Positions 35,990 through 49,389 of a stretch of 64,000 nucleotides of DNA are shown one piece after another. A program made the translations under genes and the position numbers. Source of the stretch: Dicyema japonicum (Eukaryota; Animalia; Dicyemida); NCBI GenBank assembly GCA_011109175.1, contig RDEW01000008.1, positions 1,493,447 through 1,557,446 of the forward strand. The letters run 5' to 3'. The notes under the pieces were generated by a model. The model saw only the letters and a list, made by a program, of their open reading frames with translations, was not told the origin of the DNA and did not search any database. Position 1 is the first letter of the stretch. Every line of letters begins with the position of its first letter.

Positions 35990-36640
35990 AGAGAGGCCCA
36001 GTCATCTGAATAAACATGGAAAAGAGTGAGGAAGTTAGACTAAAAAATTGGGAAGACATTAAACGGAGTAAAACTTTAGAAAAATGACACTAAAGAAAAT
36101 ACAGTCCAAGTGGATGAATAGTCCCCATATATCATTCAAGACAAAATTGCTGCTTTACAACGAGTTTGTCATTCCTGTGCTTCTTTACTATTCTGGAACA
36201 TGAGCGTGATTCAGTCACACTGGGAAAAAATAAACTCCCACAACAGAAATCAACTACGGTCGCCAATGAAAATCAGGATTCCAAATAAGATTTGTCACAA
36301 AAAGCCGTACAAAATAAGCAATTCACAGTCGATCGAATTAACGGTCAAAAGGGAGAGGTGGAAGTTATTTGGACATATTCTAAAGATGGATCGAGCAGTT
36401 CCGAAAAACAATGTTATGGAACCTTATTTCCAGAGTAGTAGTAGATACCGCGAACGTCCTCGCTACTCTCTTCTTATTGGAATTTATGAATATTTTGGGA
36501 CTGTATGGAAGAAACTCAAAAATGGAGACAAACTTGACTTCTTTTAAAAAATCGCCTTCTCAAGGAGAGCGTGGAGGAACCTAACATTGTAGATTATCCA
36601 CGGTGTTGCAGAAGCGACGAGGAGATAACTTTCTTTTATT
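35990..36640 (+). mobile_element. RTE-like 3' fragment
   Basis: KKLGRH; HWEKINSHNRNQLR..RWKLFGHILKMDR..RYRERPR. Confidence 0.7.
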
Positions 36641-37568
36641 TTCGTTTAACAAAATAATAATAAAAATAATAATAAGTTTTGTTTGCTTTAATTTAGTATT
36701 TTATTAAATGTTAATTCACGAACTTAATATTCAAAAATATTATTCAGATCTTTCCAAAATTGAGGAACAAATTATACTGATTTCATCAAACCCTACCTGC
36801 CGTTTTCCAAAGCCCGACATTGTTTTCCTGATGGCGAAAGACTAGGACGAGGATCAGCATAAGTGAGAAAAATGTCATTTTCGGTTTCCTATGTAGGGAT
36901 ATCGGCCATGAATAAAAATGAGATAAATGAGATAAAAGGGATCCTGGGGAACATCATTAGGAAGAGCCGAAAAAAAAATTTTGATTGTCTGATGCGAACC
37001 CTTCCAATTGTTAAGGAGATTACTAACCAGAGTTTAATCTTTCCAACGATTCTGTTTGAAAAATTTTCCAGGTATGAATCTTATTTGACACCTAGTAGAA
37101 AGCCTTGAAGAAACAGCCTGCGGGAAAATCCATAACACATAAAGTTAGTTAAAGCTGATAGGTGGGTCGAAGTAGACCTATCAAAAATATGAATACTCTG
37201 GGTTCCGCTTGTGCCATACTCTTCACCATCCTTCTACCAATTTGCTCTATGTAACTTTCCTCCTCGCACGTCTCCGCCGTTCATCGAGGCATGAAGTCTC
37301 TGTTTAGTATTTGAACCGAGTCCTCTATGCATGAGGTCTCTGTTTAGTGTTTGAAGCGAGTCATCTTACGTTGAAAGTTGCACTTGTAAAAAAGGTAGAA
37401 TAAACGACTGAGAGTACGATAAAGACATTATTAGAGAGGTGTCTACCATTAAACCAACTGGTCGAAAATAATTTATAATTAAAAATTTAATTATAATTTT
37501 ATCAATAAATAATTTTTAATGGTGAACCAAATAAATAATAAATTTATTTATATTTAAAAAAATGAAAA

Positions 37569-39101
37569 ATGAATATATTCTCTGTTATTTTAACGATATT
37601 TGGTGTCAAACGCTTCATTCATTTTGATAATTCCATAACTCATAAAGTAAATAAAGATGAACCGTTAATACTCACTGATTACTTGAATAATGGTCAGATC
37701 GATCTTGCAAGGGAATTAAGTAGAGTTGAACCATTTCTCGATCGCATCGAAAGTTATTCCGGATTCTTTCGAGTCAGCGATGACTGCGTTAGAAACATGT
37801 TCTTTTGGTATTTTCCAGCAGAAGTATTGTTTTTATTATTTTTTAGAATGGAAATACTTCTGCTCCCCTTTTAGTGTGGCTACAAGGTGGTCCCGGAGCA
37901 TCTTCATTTTATGGTCTTCTGGTTGAAAACGGTCCGTATGCTTTAGACTCTGATGAAAATTGTAAAATGTTGAAGTTATGGCAGTGGTTTTGAGATCTTT
38001 AACATGGACGCGGGATTACAATGTTATATTTATAGACAATCCTGTATTACCCAGTAATATTACATTAAGGTTGGTACAGGATTTAGTTTCTCTGAAGAAA
38101 AGTGTTATTTAACCAACGAGGATCAGGTCGGTTTTTACTTGTCACTGTAACTAAATCATTATATTATAGATTAATGCAACAATTTTATCAATTATTTCCA
38201 TTTTTGCGATCAAACGATCTTTACATTACCGGAGAGTCATATGCCGGAAAATATGTTCCTACAATGGTTTATGCAATCCACAAATACAATCAGAATAATC
38301 CAACCCCAATAAATTTAGTAGGAATGGCCATTGGAGATGGAATATGTGATCCATACACTGTTGGGGATTTTAATAAATTTAAGATGCTTAACCTTGGGAC
38401 TTATTTGAATAGAATTGGACTCATTTTTGACAATCAAATTGTCCACTTTGACAAATTATACCATTTAGCTCAAGAAAATATAGATTCTGGGAATTTTTAT
38501 CAGGCAAGTGAAGTAATTTTTAGTAATAATTTAAGTATAAAGACCAAATATTTAAACTTTTTCACACAATGACTGGTCTTGACAATATTTATGACTATTA
38601 TGCAGACGATGTTATCTATAATTTTAAATTTAGGATGTTCCAATGGAACCTCTGACAAAATTTGTTAATAATATTTCTCAAAAAGTTCATGCTGGTAATT
38701 TAACTTTCGAAATGACATCGTCTTCAGTTTTTGATGCCCTTTACCCAGACAGGGCAATGTCAATGGCTCCAACTGTCAAGAAAATTATTAATGCTGGATA
38801 TAAGGTATTTCATATCTTTATATTGTAGAGTCTCTTCTATTCAGGACAATTCGATGTAATAGATCCTTATCCATCAACATCCGCATTTTTGAAAAGTCTT
38901 GATTGGAATGGAAAAGAAAATTTTACAAATGCACCTCAGATAGTGTGGTACTCGACAAATGGACACAAAAGAGTAAATGGCTATTATAGATCGGCTGGAA
39001 ATGTTATGCAGTTAATCGTAAGGAATTCTGGGCATATGGTCCCCATGGATCAACCTGAAGCGGGTCTAGAAATGCTCAGATTATTTATTTACGACTTTTA
39101 A
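37569..39101 (+). CDS. CPVL: Serine carboxypeptidase S10, CPVL-like
   Basis: YSGFF..MFFWYFPAE; WLQGGPGASS; LYITGESYAGKYVP; VRNSGHMVPMDQP; many short introns. Confidence 0.9.
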
Positions 39102-39789
39102 CCTAACGTGGATTTTCTTTCCTAATCAATATTAGAATATTTTTGAGAATAATTAATGTTATCATTGTTGTTATCGAATATGCTAGATAAAAATTTCGAG
39201 TATGTTAGATAAAAATTTAGATTTTTAAAGTTGTAAAAATCTGACAATTCTTTAAGAAATTAACTCCGAGCCAATTTGTTGGATGATGCTGACTGAAATT
39301 GATGGGAATGCTCTGGAAGAACTATCGCATCATTCTAGGAGCCTTTATGACAGTCAAGTTTAGCATGGGGTAACAAGGGAATCTCCCGGAGCACCATCTG
39401 CATGACAGCGGATGTAGTCCTTTCCTTCAACCATCCCACCGCATCGGCATCTGTGTTCCAAGCAGACATTGAGACCTAGGCGAAGAACAACTCCAACACG
39501 GTTAGTATCGTCATTAATCAGAGTACCAATGCGCGTACCGAGCCAGGACCCGAACTTTTAGTAAACAACTCGTTTAGACATCTGCGGCGATGGGCGTCTG
39601 CGGACCTTCCAAGCTCTTTTAGTGCCTTTTCCTTTTTGAAGATAAATTTCTTGAGAACATTTAGTCCGCTTGTTTTCCACTGTTGCACAACCTTGTAAAG
39701 CGCAGGCATATTGTCGTCACATAATAACAGTATTGCGCTCGGACTCTTAAGAAGGAAGCTTTCCATTAAACGTTGAACAGTGGAAGGTC

Positions 39790-40070
39790 GAGGATAAACC
39801 CTTGCAGGAATATACTCCCCAGCTCTACTGAATTAGACAAGTTGCATCCATGTCTCACATAGGAGTTCCTTCCAACTCATCAACTTCAGTGAAATCCTCT
39901 TCAAGGATAACTGGAAGAGCAGAGCTTCATGACTCACGTTTCCAAATACCTTCTAGATGTCCAGACATATGACATTCAGAAGACACCTGGAATTTTCGGC
40001 TTGGCTTTTTTAAACTGAGGTGGAACAAGAAATCACACCATGAACGTGATTGTTTCTCCTTAAGAAGCCC
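39790..40070 (-). mobile_element. APE-type RT fragment (CR1/L2-like)
   Basis: GFLRRN..VICLDI*KVFGNVSHEALL. Confidence 0.5.
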
Positions 40071-40192
40071 TTCTCTTCTATTAGGTTTAAAATTATCACG
40101 TGATCCCAGAAGAACAAAATAATGTCAAAAGTTAATTTTTGAATAAAAAATCAAAACAAAGTTTATAGTATAAATTAAAAAATATCAAGTGT

Positions 40193-43100
40193 CTATTTAC
40201 AAGGAGGCCACAACATCTTAACTTCAGAATGCAACGAAGAAGGGATGTATTCGAGATATTCATCAAGCAAATCTAAAATTGAATCAAAAGCACACATTTT
40301 GGCCTTTCATTCCACACAGCCGTCAGTTTCCTAACATTATCAATCTTGGCAGTGCAAAACGCGGAAATGAGATTATGTGCTTTCCTTTGAAGACTAGCAA
40401 CAATGAGAAACAAAAAATACGAGGAATAAGTAGCGGTTAACATTGACGAATTCCCAAGCAGAGAAGCACGGTATTTTGCCAGTTGTGGACAAACGGATCC
40501 CTCAAGGAAGAAACGAGCAAAGTAACAAATACTAGGCAGAGAATTTGGGAACACAGTTTCGACGACTCCCAAAGGCCAAGACAGAGACCCTTAAAATTAA
40601 CAAGGAAACTACCAAATGTGCATTCTCTATGACACAGAACGTCTCCATTGAATAATCTAGGAGGGGGATCATCTCTGACTGATGAGAAAGTGCAAAACGA
40701 CGGAATACAATGAGGGACAAAGTTAATATTGACGGAACAAACGCCTTGAAAGTTATAGATGTACTAACCTTTCATATATAGCTTTCCAGTATCTTCAACA
40801 GACATGAAGAGCACATAAAGCGGTTTTTCTGAGAAAACAGAAGATCCGGGATGAATAAAAAGTTCTTGGTTAACCAAGGACACTAAAATAAAATATACAT
40901 AGAAACCTCATAAAAATGATCAGATTGTGTGTTTTTATCACAATTCTCAATTTTGTGAGAATTTCTATAAATTTTCTTAGCTAAGTGATCTGGAAAACAT
41001 GAGATAAGCAGTTGGGTCAACAAGTCAATCTGCTCACAGTTGATAGGCTCAAGTTTGTCTGTTTTCACGGAAACTCCAGTGATGGAAGAATTTGCTAGAA
41101 TTATTAAATTAAAAACCAATTTCAGTCAACTGTTTCCGTAATTTAAGGGCTTCAAGAACAGCTTTATTACGAAATCCGTATTTTAGGCAAATATCTGAGA
41201 GATCATTCGGTGATTTACTGACATCACATATTAGTTGCATGCCCTTGATCAATAACATCATATCTCCGAATAACTTTGAAGAAATCTCTGAGCCAATCAG
41301 TTCTTTTCGAACTTCCAACATCAACTTAGGAATTCCTTGAGAAACCGAAGCCGCGGTTTCGGGTGAGAGAATAAATTCGGGGACGGAGGAAGCCGAGACA
41401 AAAGCTATAGCATGCTCCAGAATTCCGTTTTTACTTGCGTGGACAATAAGCTTGCCCAATCGAGGATGCACAGGAAACAAAGTCATTGCAGATCCAAGGT
41501 TTGTGATCTTGGTCTCTTGTCCTTCTTTCTTGAGAGCCCCGAGGGACAATAAAAGGCTTTCAGCGGACTTGATGGCATCAAAATCAGGTTGCGAGGGGTA
41601 CGCAAACGTCTGGAGGTTGGATACATTCATTTTCTTTAAATAAAAAACGCAATTACTTTTAAAAGAAGAACAACCTCTTCGATGGGGACGGTCATGATTT
41701 CCGGTTCAGAAAAACGCGGAAAGTCGGCAAATACTGCAGAGGAATACAGTCTATAGCAGTGACCCTGAGCAACTCGTCCAGCACGACCAGCCCTCTGTTG
41801 AGCTGAGGCCTGAGATATCCAGTCCACAATAAAAGTACTGATCCCTGACTTTTTATCCACAAGTCGTTTCTTCTCCTTTCCGCAATCAACGACATATCTC
41901 ACGTTTGGAATAGTCAATGACGTCTCAGCCACGTTGGTGGTTACAATGCATACACGTGTCCCCTCTGGAGGCTGCAGGAATATTTTCCTTTGCTCAATTT
42001 TAGGAAGCATTGAATAAAACGGCAGAACATAGAGGGATTCTGCAGAATCTTCGTTTTCATATGAAGAAGAACTGTCGTTCTCCTGTATTTTCAGATCGTC
42101 CATCAAAAATTTGGGATTCTAGTTTGATGGATAAACCGAACTTTGGTAGACTGACATTGCCTTTTCCTTGTTTGAAATTTTTCCTGGCTTCTTTTAGACT
42201 GTCGAAAAAGTTACGTTCTTTATTTTTTTCTAAAATTATCACTAAAATCAACTTTCCGTGTTGTCGGGGTTAAATTGAAATCTCCTTCTCAATTTTGAGC
42301 AGAGTTTGTTTACTTCGTCCCTCCCAGTCACAAAAACGAGGATTGTCCCCATTGGTAGTCGACTGTGGATCTGGCATACTTTCTTGTAGGCAGCTTCTAG
42401 GTAGTCGACTGGAGTCCTTTTTAAAAATCTGCTCGTAATTTCATATTGTCGACTTTTAATCTGAAGTAAACAATTTATATACTTCGATAATTGGCGGTGA
42501 AACTGGAAACAAATTAGTGTTGTTAGCGAATTGATCAACATTCATAGTCGCAGACATAATTATTAATTTCAGAGGGTTACAGCTCTAAAAAATAAGCACA
42601 AGTTTTAAAAATATTTAAATAATTATGTATATATTAAAAATAATTGTATTTAACTTGGCTGACTAAGCGCATATTAAAGCTGATTTAGCGCTTTTCCATA
42701 GAAATCGTAAGATAGAATTCGCTCTCAATCACGAGAGTTGTTTACTAATTTGTAGCACTGAAAATTGTTGACTAACAGACTAACATATATTAATTAAGCA
42801 TTAGTATGTAATAGCCATAGAATGCAAGTGTACCCTAAATATAGAAAAACAAAGCAATGGAGCCATTGTTTCATTCAGACTCTCCAAAAATTAGGTTTAT
42901 AAAGTAAGCATTTAAAATAATATAATTAGTCAACAAACAACAAAAGAATATTAAAATAGTAATAAAAAATAAAAACCTTGTTTCTAAATGTTACTATCAT
43001 TGATAGAAATCCAATGAGAATATCACTGTTGATGCTTCTTTCATGAGCCTCGTCGATTATTATGGCAGAATAGTCACTTAGTAACAAATCCTAGCAATTA

Positions 43101-44108
43101 TTTGAAATACAACATTTTCAAGCTCTCTGATTAAAACTCCGTCAGTTACAAACTTTACACGTGTCTTTTCTGTGACATTTCCTTCATATCGGATTTTATA
43201 AGACACAATTCTACATTAACTCAAATATCGACTCGTTTGATAGATTCATCTCATAAGCGACTCTCTCAGCCAAGGTAATAGCCGCCACTCTTCGGGGTTC
43301 CGTGATCACAATGGACTTGTCCCTTAAATTTTAACAAATAAAAACTTTGCATATCCAGCTTCATACAAAAACTGAGGGATTTGAGTGCTTTTCCCAGATC
43401 CAGTTTCACCACAGATAATGACGACGTCATTAGCAGAAATACAGCCCATAATCGAAGACTCCTCTGACAATATTGGGAGGTTGAATCGATCTTCCTGAAC
43501 TTTGGGGTCTCTTTCCAGCAATACGAGCCGTTCGTTGTCCCTGGGTATCCTAGTCAGTTTAGGCCTCTCAGTATTCGTAGGAATAATAGGAATCGGAAGC
43601 TCAGATGGATTTATGATTAAGGGATTGTTAACACTCTTCTGAGGAAGTTCAATGTCAGAGTCCGAAGAAAAGTCAGATGTATTTGGGGAATTTAAATCTG
43701 AGTCCTCATTTACTTCCTTTTTATTTAAACGTGATCTAAAATATAATTAAAAAATATTTTATTTAGAATTCAAAAATAAAATGTACATTTGAACTTTGTC
43801 GAAGTGGGGATTCTTCAAAGTATTCACTATGACGTCATCTTTTACAGTCTGATTGTCCATTGTGCTTAAATTAAGAGGATTTAATACTTTGAACATCTTG
43901 CGTTTGTCAAAGTAACAGAAGAAAGTAGCATTTTCGATAGTTCTGACGGTGCCTTTACTTGACTCAGAGAATTTAGTAACTCCTTTCTTCGTTCCTTTTT
44001 ATCTCGACGTGAAATAATATCCAAAAGACGTTTTCTCTCCTTTTTTGTTAATTTCTTTGATTTTTCTGATTTTTTTACATTCACATTTGCACATTTTACT
44101 TTTGCCAT
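40193..44108 (-). CDS. DHX37: DEAH-box RNA helicase DHX37 (Dhr1)
   Basis: [15 protein letters not shown]; LKLIIMSAT; [11 protein letters not shown]; [20 protein letters not shown]; QQRAGRAGR; C-terminus [15 protein letters not shown]. Confidence 0.95.
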
Positions 44109-44269
44109 TCCAACACGTGATAATTTTTTAATTTAATTTTAAATTATTTTAATAATTAATTTATTATTAATTATTTTAATATTAAGCGTCAGTTTATAAG
44201 TTTTAATATTATTGGATAAAATTAACTTCCCCTATAAATCTATAATGATGTCCATCCATCAAAAGTTCA

Positions 44270-44475
44270 GTTCCGCTTCAGAATAGAGGTGAAGAATTAT
44301 GTCCGTCCTCTTCCATTTTCATCACATGTCCTACCGTCGTGGAAATCACTTCATTCTTAGGCGGAAGAGTTTTCATAGTGATAATCTTAACCATTATATT
44401 TGGTCAAGGAGAAGGTAGGAAAATCCCTTTCAAAAACTGAGTCGTGCCAGAATGATGAGAATTGACCTTCGTTTG
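44270..44475 (+). mobile_element. Isolated 5' leader segment of the 235-3480 LINE family
   Basis: ccgcttcaga..gtccgtcctcttccatttt..gtcgtgccag..gaattgac aligns to the reverse complement of 3215-3440. Confidence 0.7.
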
Positions 44476-44479
44476 AGAA

Positions 44480-45170
44480 ACGCGCCGATGAGAAAGGAAG
44501 CCCAAGAGATCCATTACTGTCATGTCAAGCCTCGGTGGTCCAGATAAAGCAAAGAGATCCCGAACTTCTACAGCGAGCATCAGAGCATCGTTGCTCCTAT
44601 GGGAAGGTATGTCACTCATAAAACGGTTGAAGAGAATGGGTGACAGTGGAGATCCTGTGGGACCCCATTCGACAAAAATTTGGTGACAGGAAATGTTGAA
44701 TGTGAAATTACTCTTCCTCTTCGTCCGTTGAAAAAGTTTGCAAGCTAAATTTTTAGGTTGTTCGGAATGTTAGAGCCATAAATCTTCATAGTGAGCAGTT
44801 TCCTCGGAATCGAGTCAAAAGCTTTCTGCATGTGAATGGGACACATAAGGGTCTTTTGATGCCGAGGTTTGCATTGTAGACCCCTTGATGAATTTCGTTA
44901 AGCATGTAAGGTGAGTAGTTGTAGAGCGGCCCTTCTTAAAACCATGTTGGAAGGATACGTCCGGGAGGTAAGGTTTAATCTGATCGAGATGAGTTTTCCA
45001 GAATTTTTGAAGAGGCACATAGAAGAGATTTAGGTCTGTTAGAGGCCGATGAGTCTACGGCCGTCCTGGTTTTAAGATTGGTCGTATATCGGATAATTTC
45101 CATAGGGTAGGAGTGGAGTTCCTGCTGATGGAGAGGTTGAAAATTCGGGTGAGGGCCATGATAGCAAAAG
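44480..45170 (-). mobile_element. Ingi/Vingi-like RT fragment
   Basis: PILKPGRP; FQHGFKKGRSTTTHL; GSPLSPILFN. Confidence 0.75.
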
Positions 45171-45175
45171 GTAAT

Positions 45176-46672
45176 TCATTTAAAGAAGTCAATTATAGTA
45201 GTTAAAATAGATATTCCGTCGAAAAAAAAGGAAAGGGGAAGACATTGGAGAAGGCCAACGAAAGGGACACGATAAAAACCGATCTAAATTATTTTCAACG
45301 TAAATACTGAACAAAAAATCTACAGAGTAGCAAAAAAACGGAGAAATGATCCCTCCCGACAAAATCACTCAATTCGACTAAAGGTAATCACTTACATCAA
45401 CTCGTTTTAAAAACATCAAACGGGTTCCCACAAAAAACAAGGAATCACGTCCCTTGATCTTTATCTCAAACAAAAATCCCCTTGAGTAATCAGTCTCCGT
45501 CTGCAAACACCAATGGTCATAGTCACAATCCACGTGGTTTGTACACGTGGTCCTGTTTCTAATAACTTTTCCCGGGTATAAGCAATAGTATTTCTACTCT
45601 CCTAACAATTGACAACCTCAGCTGTCTCCACCGTGGTAGAAAAGCACAAATCCTTTCCGAATAGAGAACAACCGCAGGAATTCAGCCTATGGGGGAACGA
45701 ATCAACTAAGTCATGCGATATATTCAAACTAACCGGTAATCCTTGGTACACAAAATCCCTGAGAATCAGGCCAAGGTTTCGTAAGACAATCCATCAGCTC
45801 AGATTTACTTCCAAACGTGCATTTATTGATGCCCACGAGAACATCTCCAGCCTCAATTCCTGTGAATCGTCCACTGTTGTACAAAACGGTGACACCGAGT
45901 CCAGTGTAGGAGACACGTGACCATATCAAAGTCGTAATCGATAATGAAAGGTAGAAGAGCACAGTCAGTACTAAAATTCATATTACATGGATAACCCAAG
46001 TTATGCCAGATCCCTGCGAAGTAGACTTGTAGTTTGATAATATTCCTGGACCTCTACGAAATGAGTACAAACAAACATAAAGTGAGAGACCACATAAATC
46101 AACGAAAGCGCTTGGGAATATTAAAAGTAAGGAAAATCCCACTCCTTTTACAGTTATTTGATGGCTAAGCTCATTTTACTCCAACCAAACCACATAGAGC
46201 AGAAAAAATGGCCAACTCGTGGAAAAACACTGAAATGACCAAAGAGAAAATAAACAATAACAAATTTTGTATCCGGAACAACTGGGAGAGATAGTCCATT
46301 CCGATTTTTTGCTATTTTTAGTAGAAACTATTACTTTTGAGAATATTTCTGATTTATTAAAATTACTTTTTAAATATGAAATTAAAAATATAAATAAAAT
46401 AAATAAAATCGCCGCGTAGAAAAATAAGGAGATTAATGTTCCAACAAAAAACCATAATTTTAGAAATCTAAATATAAGAAATTTGAAGCAGACAATTTCA
46501 GGTACGTCGGTAAAATCTGATTTCTGTGACTCAATGAGATATAATAAACAAGTGAATATTTGTTAATATATATTCCTCTTCGTTGTAATCTTTGTTTAGG
46601 GAGACCATAAATGTATAAAAAATAAGTCAATAGACATAAGACTATTCCACAACAAAAAATGACAAACATCAA
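45176..46672 (-). CDS. MBTPS2: Site-2 protease (M50); two apparent single-base indels
   Basis: VFFHEL[G]H; QITVKGVGFSFTLIFPSAFVDL; YTGLGVTV..GDVLVGIN (PDZ-like); Cys-rich insert; SLSLAFSNVFPFPF..DG. Confidence 0.8.
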
Positions 46673-46798
46673 TTTTATATTTTGAAATTTTATTAAAAAA
46701 TATTAAACCAAAATTTTTTTAATTTAATTATATTTATATAAAGTTAATTTTCTCCTTTTCGAATCTTCAATCGCAAGATGCTCAATTCTAAGGTTGCT

Positions 46799-47114
46799 CC
46801 GCGTGGCCATGTGGTGCTGCGTGGTTAATTGGTTGAAGTTTTCTGCTTGCTTGTCTGTTCCTCCTCTCTCATCCTAATTGAGTGGCGTCATGTGATCCAC
46901 CTGTCTAGGTGACGCCCAGTGCCAGGCCGGCACGAAAAAGGATCATTTGCTCTCCCCACTCCAGTGGAGGGGTTTCCACAACTGCATGTAATGGACGTCT
47001 TACCTTTTATGCTGATTCCGGATGGACTCTGTTTTTCTAGAAGTAAAAACTGGATACACTTAATTAGTTGTTTACTTTAACTTCTTTCTCGGTGTATCCG
47101 AGGTTAATAAATAA
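46799..47114 (+). mobile_element. ~310-bp non-autonomous retroposon
   Basis: Same element as 28211-28528; best-paired pseudoknot at 46884-46945 (P1 ggcgtc/gacgcc). Confidence 0.85.
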
Positions 47115-47164
47115 ATTAATTTATAGGTTAATAAAGTTAACATTTTAAGGATAATTTTTTTCAA

Positions 47165-47357
47165 AGGACCAAGGGATGCTTTTCACTTCTTTTATCTTTA
47201 TGTTGGGTGTGAGTCTGCAGTGAGATGTTCACTGATGACGGCGTCACTCGTCAAGCCGAAGCTTCGTAAATTTCTGGAACCTTCAGCCAGAATGTACAGC
47301 AGCAAAATTAGAACTAGGGGCCAGGCCTTTTGCATTGCACTCATTACACTGCACCAC
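47165..47357 (-). mobile_element. tRNA-derived SINE, degenerate
   Basis: Body gaaggttcca..ggcttgacgagtgacgccgtcatcagtga shared with 56316-56636. Confidence 0.7.
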
Positions 47358-47699
47358 ACGTTATAGAAATAATAGTTAATTAAGATTTTCTTGTTTTCTT
47401 TTGAGTCCAACCACAGATCCGACCAAAACTTCTTTCATGCTCCTCTGTTATGAGATTGTCGAGATCTTCTCGGGAGATGAGTTGTTAATTTTTGATGGAT
47501 CGGCGTTGACAATAACCGGAAGGATTGTTTTATGTCTTCCTTAGAATTTGATTATTCTTCAGTGAAATAAGCATCAATCGCACAATTGTCGGGTTGATAA
47601 TATAGGAGCCTTGGGAGATTGAGAAATCTGAATTTAACGCAAGGATGGATATAAAAGTTTAAAGAAATGAATTTGGTGAGCCATAGATCCAAAATTATG

Positions 47700-47860
47700 A
47701 TTCTGCAGTATAACGAGTGCTGAATGAATTGTCCTGATGGCCCCTAGTTCGAATCTCACTGCTGCACATTCCGGTCGAAGGTTCCACGCATCTACGATGC
47801 TTTGGCTTGACGAGTGACGCCGTCAAAACAATATATGGACTCATCACACATTCAGGAAGA
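47700..47860 (+). mobile_element. tRNA-derived SINE, partial
   Basis: B-box agttcgaatc; body gaaggttccacgcatctacgatgc..tgacgagtgacgccgtca. Confidence 0.7.
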
Positions 47861-47949
47861 TTTTAGAGGCCATCGCTTTGTTTCGGCTACATCTTTTTGG
47901 ATGAAACGGATAAAAATGAACGAATAAAAAAATATCAAAAACCACGGTA

Positions 47950-48520
47950 ACACCAAACTAACTAATCACGTGATCCCAGCACGCTCTAGCAGAGATCTCA
48001 ACTTGGCTCAATGCTCCTCCTTCGAGACCACACAAAAACGTATCGGCCGTAAAACTAAATTCTCGTAGAACGTTCCCCGGTTCTTACGTATTAAGGATTC
48101 CAGAGGCATTGGAGACTGAAACTTTCTAGAGGTCAATCGTTCCATAATTTTAAAAGCCCTTGTTTGGCTAGCTTCGATCTGATGCCTGGTCAACAGGCAG
48201 TTCTTCATTTGTTAAGACGAAAAAATCTAAATTCCGATTAAACGCATTCAAGTGCATCGAATTTTATATCTCCCAGGTCCTTCCATTACTGTTTGGGGAT
48301 TGGTGAGGATGACTTGACGTCAATTTAAAGGCACCCAAAGGGCCATCCAATGAAAGAGGGATATGTGGCATTCGGTTTCTGGATGAACTTTACGTCACTT
48401 CCAACCCTTACCATCACCTGTCTCAGGCAATTAATATTCAGAAAATCAGCACTCTTCAACTTACTTTCTCTGATTCTTTTGTCGTATCCCGCTTTTGGTG
48501 ATGGGATCAAGAGATCTTAA
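47950..48520 (-). mobile_element. Deleted LINE remnant ending RAGIT*
   Basis: ESKLKSADFLNIN (APE-like); 3' end homologous to 53780-53900. Confidence 0.6.
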
Positions 48521-49389
48521 CCAAAACACGATAACGATGCCATTCGTGTGATTCGTTCGTTGTGTCAAAACACTTTACTTGAATCCCTTCCATAGACAAA
48601 TTCCTCAGAACATATACTCAAAAGGGAACTATGCTGTTCCTTCTCCCAGATTCACTCTAGGTATTTCAAAGTACAAACTAATTCGGACAGGTAGATCACT
48701 AAACCTACCTTTCTTGAAAAAATCTTCTTAGGTTTGTGACCTCCACTGTCTTGAAGGATTTTTTGGAGAACCCGGTATTTGTTGTTTGGCTTCAGAAGGC
48801 TACTTTGATCTCAATTGTGAAGCGATCTTTAGAGTCTGCTGGATACCCCCTCCCCCAAACTGGAATCGGTCATCCTGGACATGGAGATGGAGAACTGGTT
48901 ATCCAACAAATCAGGTCAAGTACACTATCGGAAAAAATGTTAGACTATGTAGAAGAACCAAGAGTAAAGTGGTCTGTAAAAAAAACGTCATGCACTTTTT
49001 GGACTAAGAAAACGTGGATATGACGAATTTTGATGGACAAATCCCTAAAATCTTCTACATCTGAAGGAAGAATCCTGGAGTATGTGGACCAGATCGAGCA
49101 ATGGTGCAACATGAGAGGGTTAAAGCTTTCTGCTGAAAAAATCAAAAGAAACAATCAGATTCGATGCCACAAAGAGAAAATCTTGAGTTTGTGTTAGGAA
49201 ACTTTATATATTTTTTTCACCAGATTGAAAGACAGAGTTCCCGCAATCAACTCCGCCATCCGTTCCCACTGCCGTATGAAAAAGTCTTCTCTTATTCCTA
49301 CAGAGAAATCCAATTGGAGAATGGAACTTTTGCATCAATCGGTTTTCTTTAACCTATGGACAAGCGAAACGGGTAGAGTCATCCAAATT

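Noticed and set aside
47232-47262. ctgatga...gaag, hammerhead-like core
   Set aside because: No GAAA or proper stems; absent from the other two SINE copies; lies antisense to the SINE
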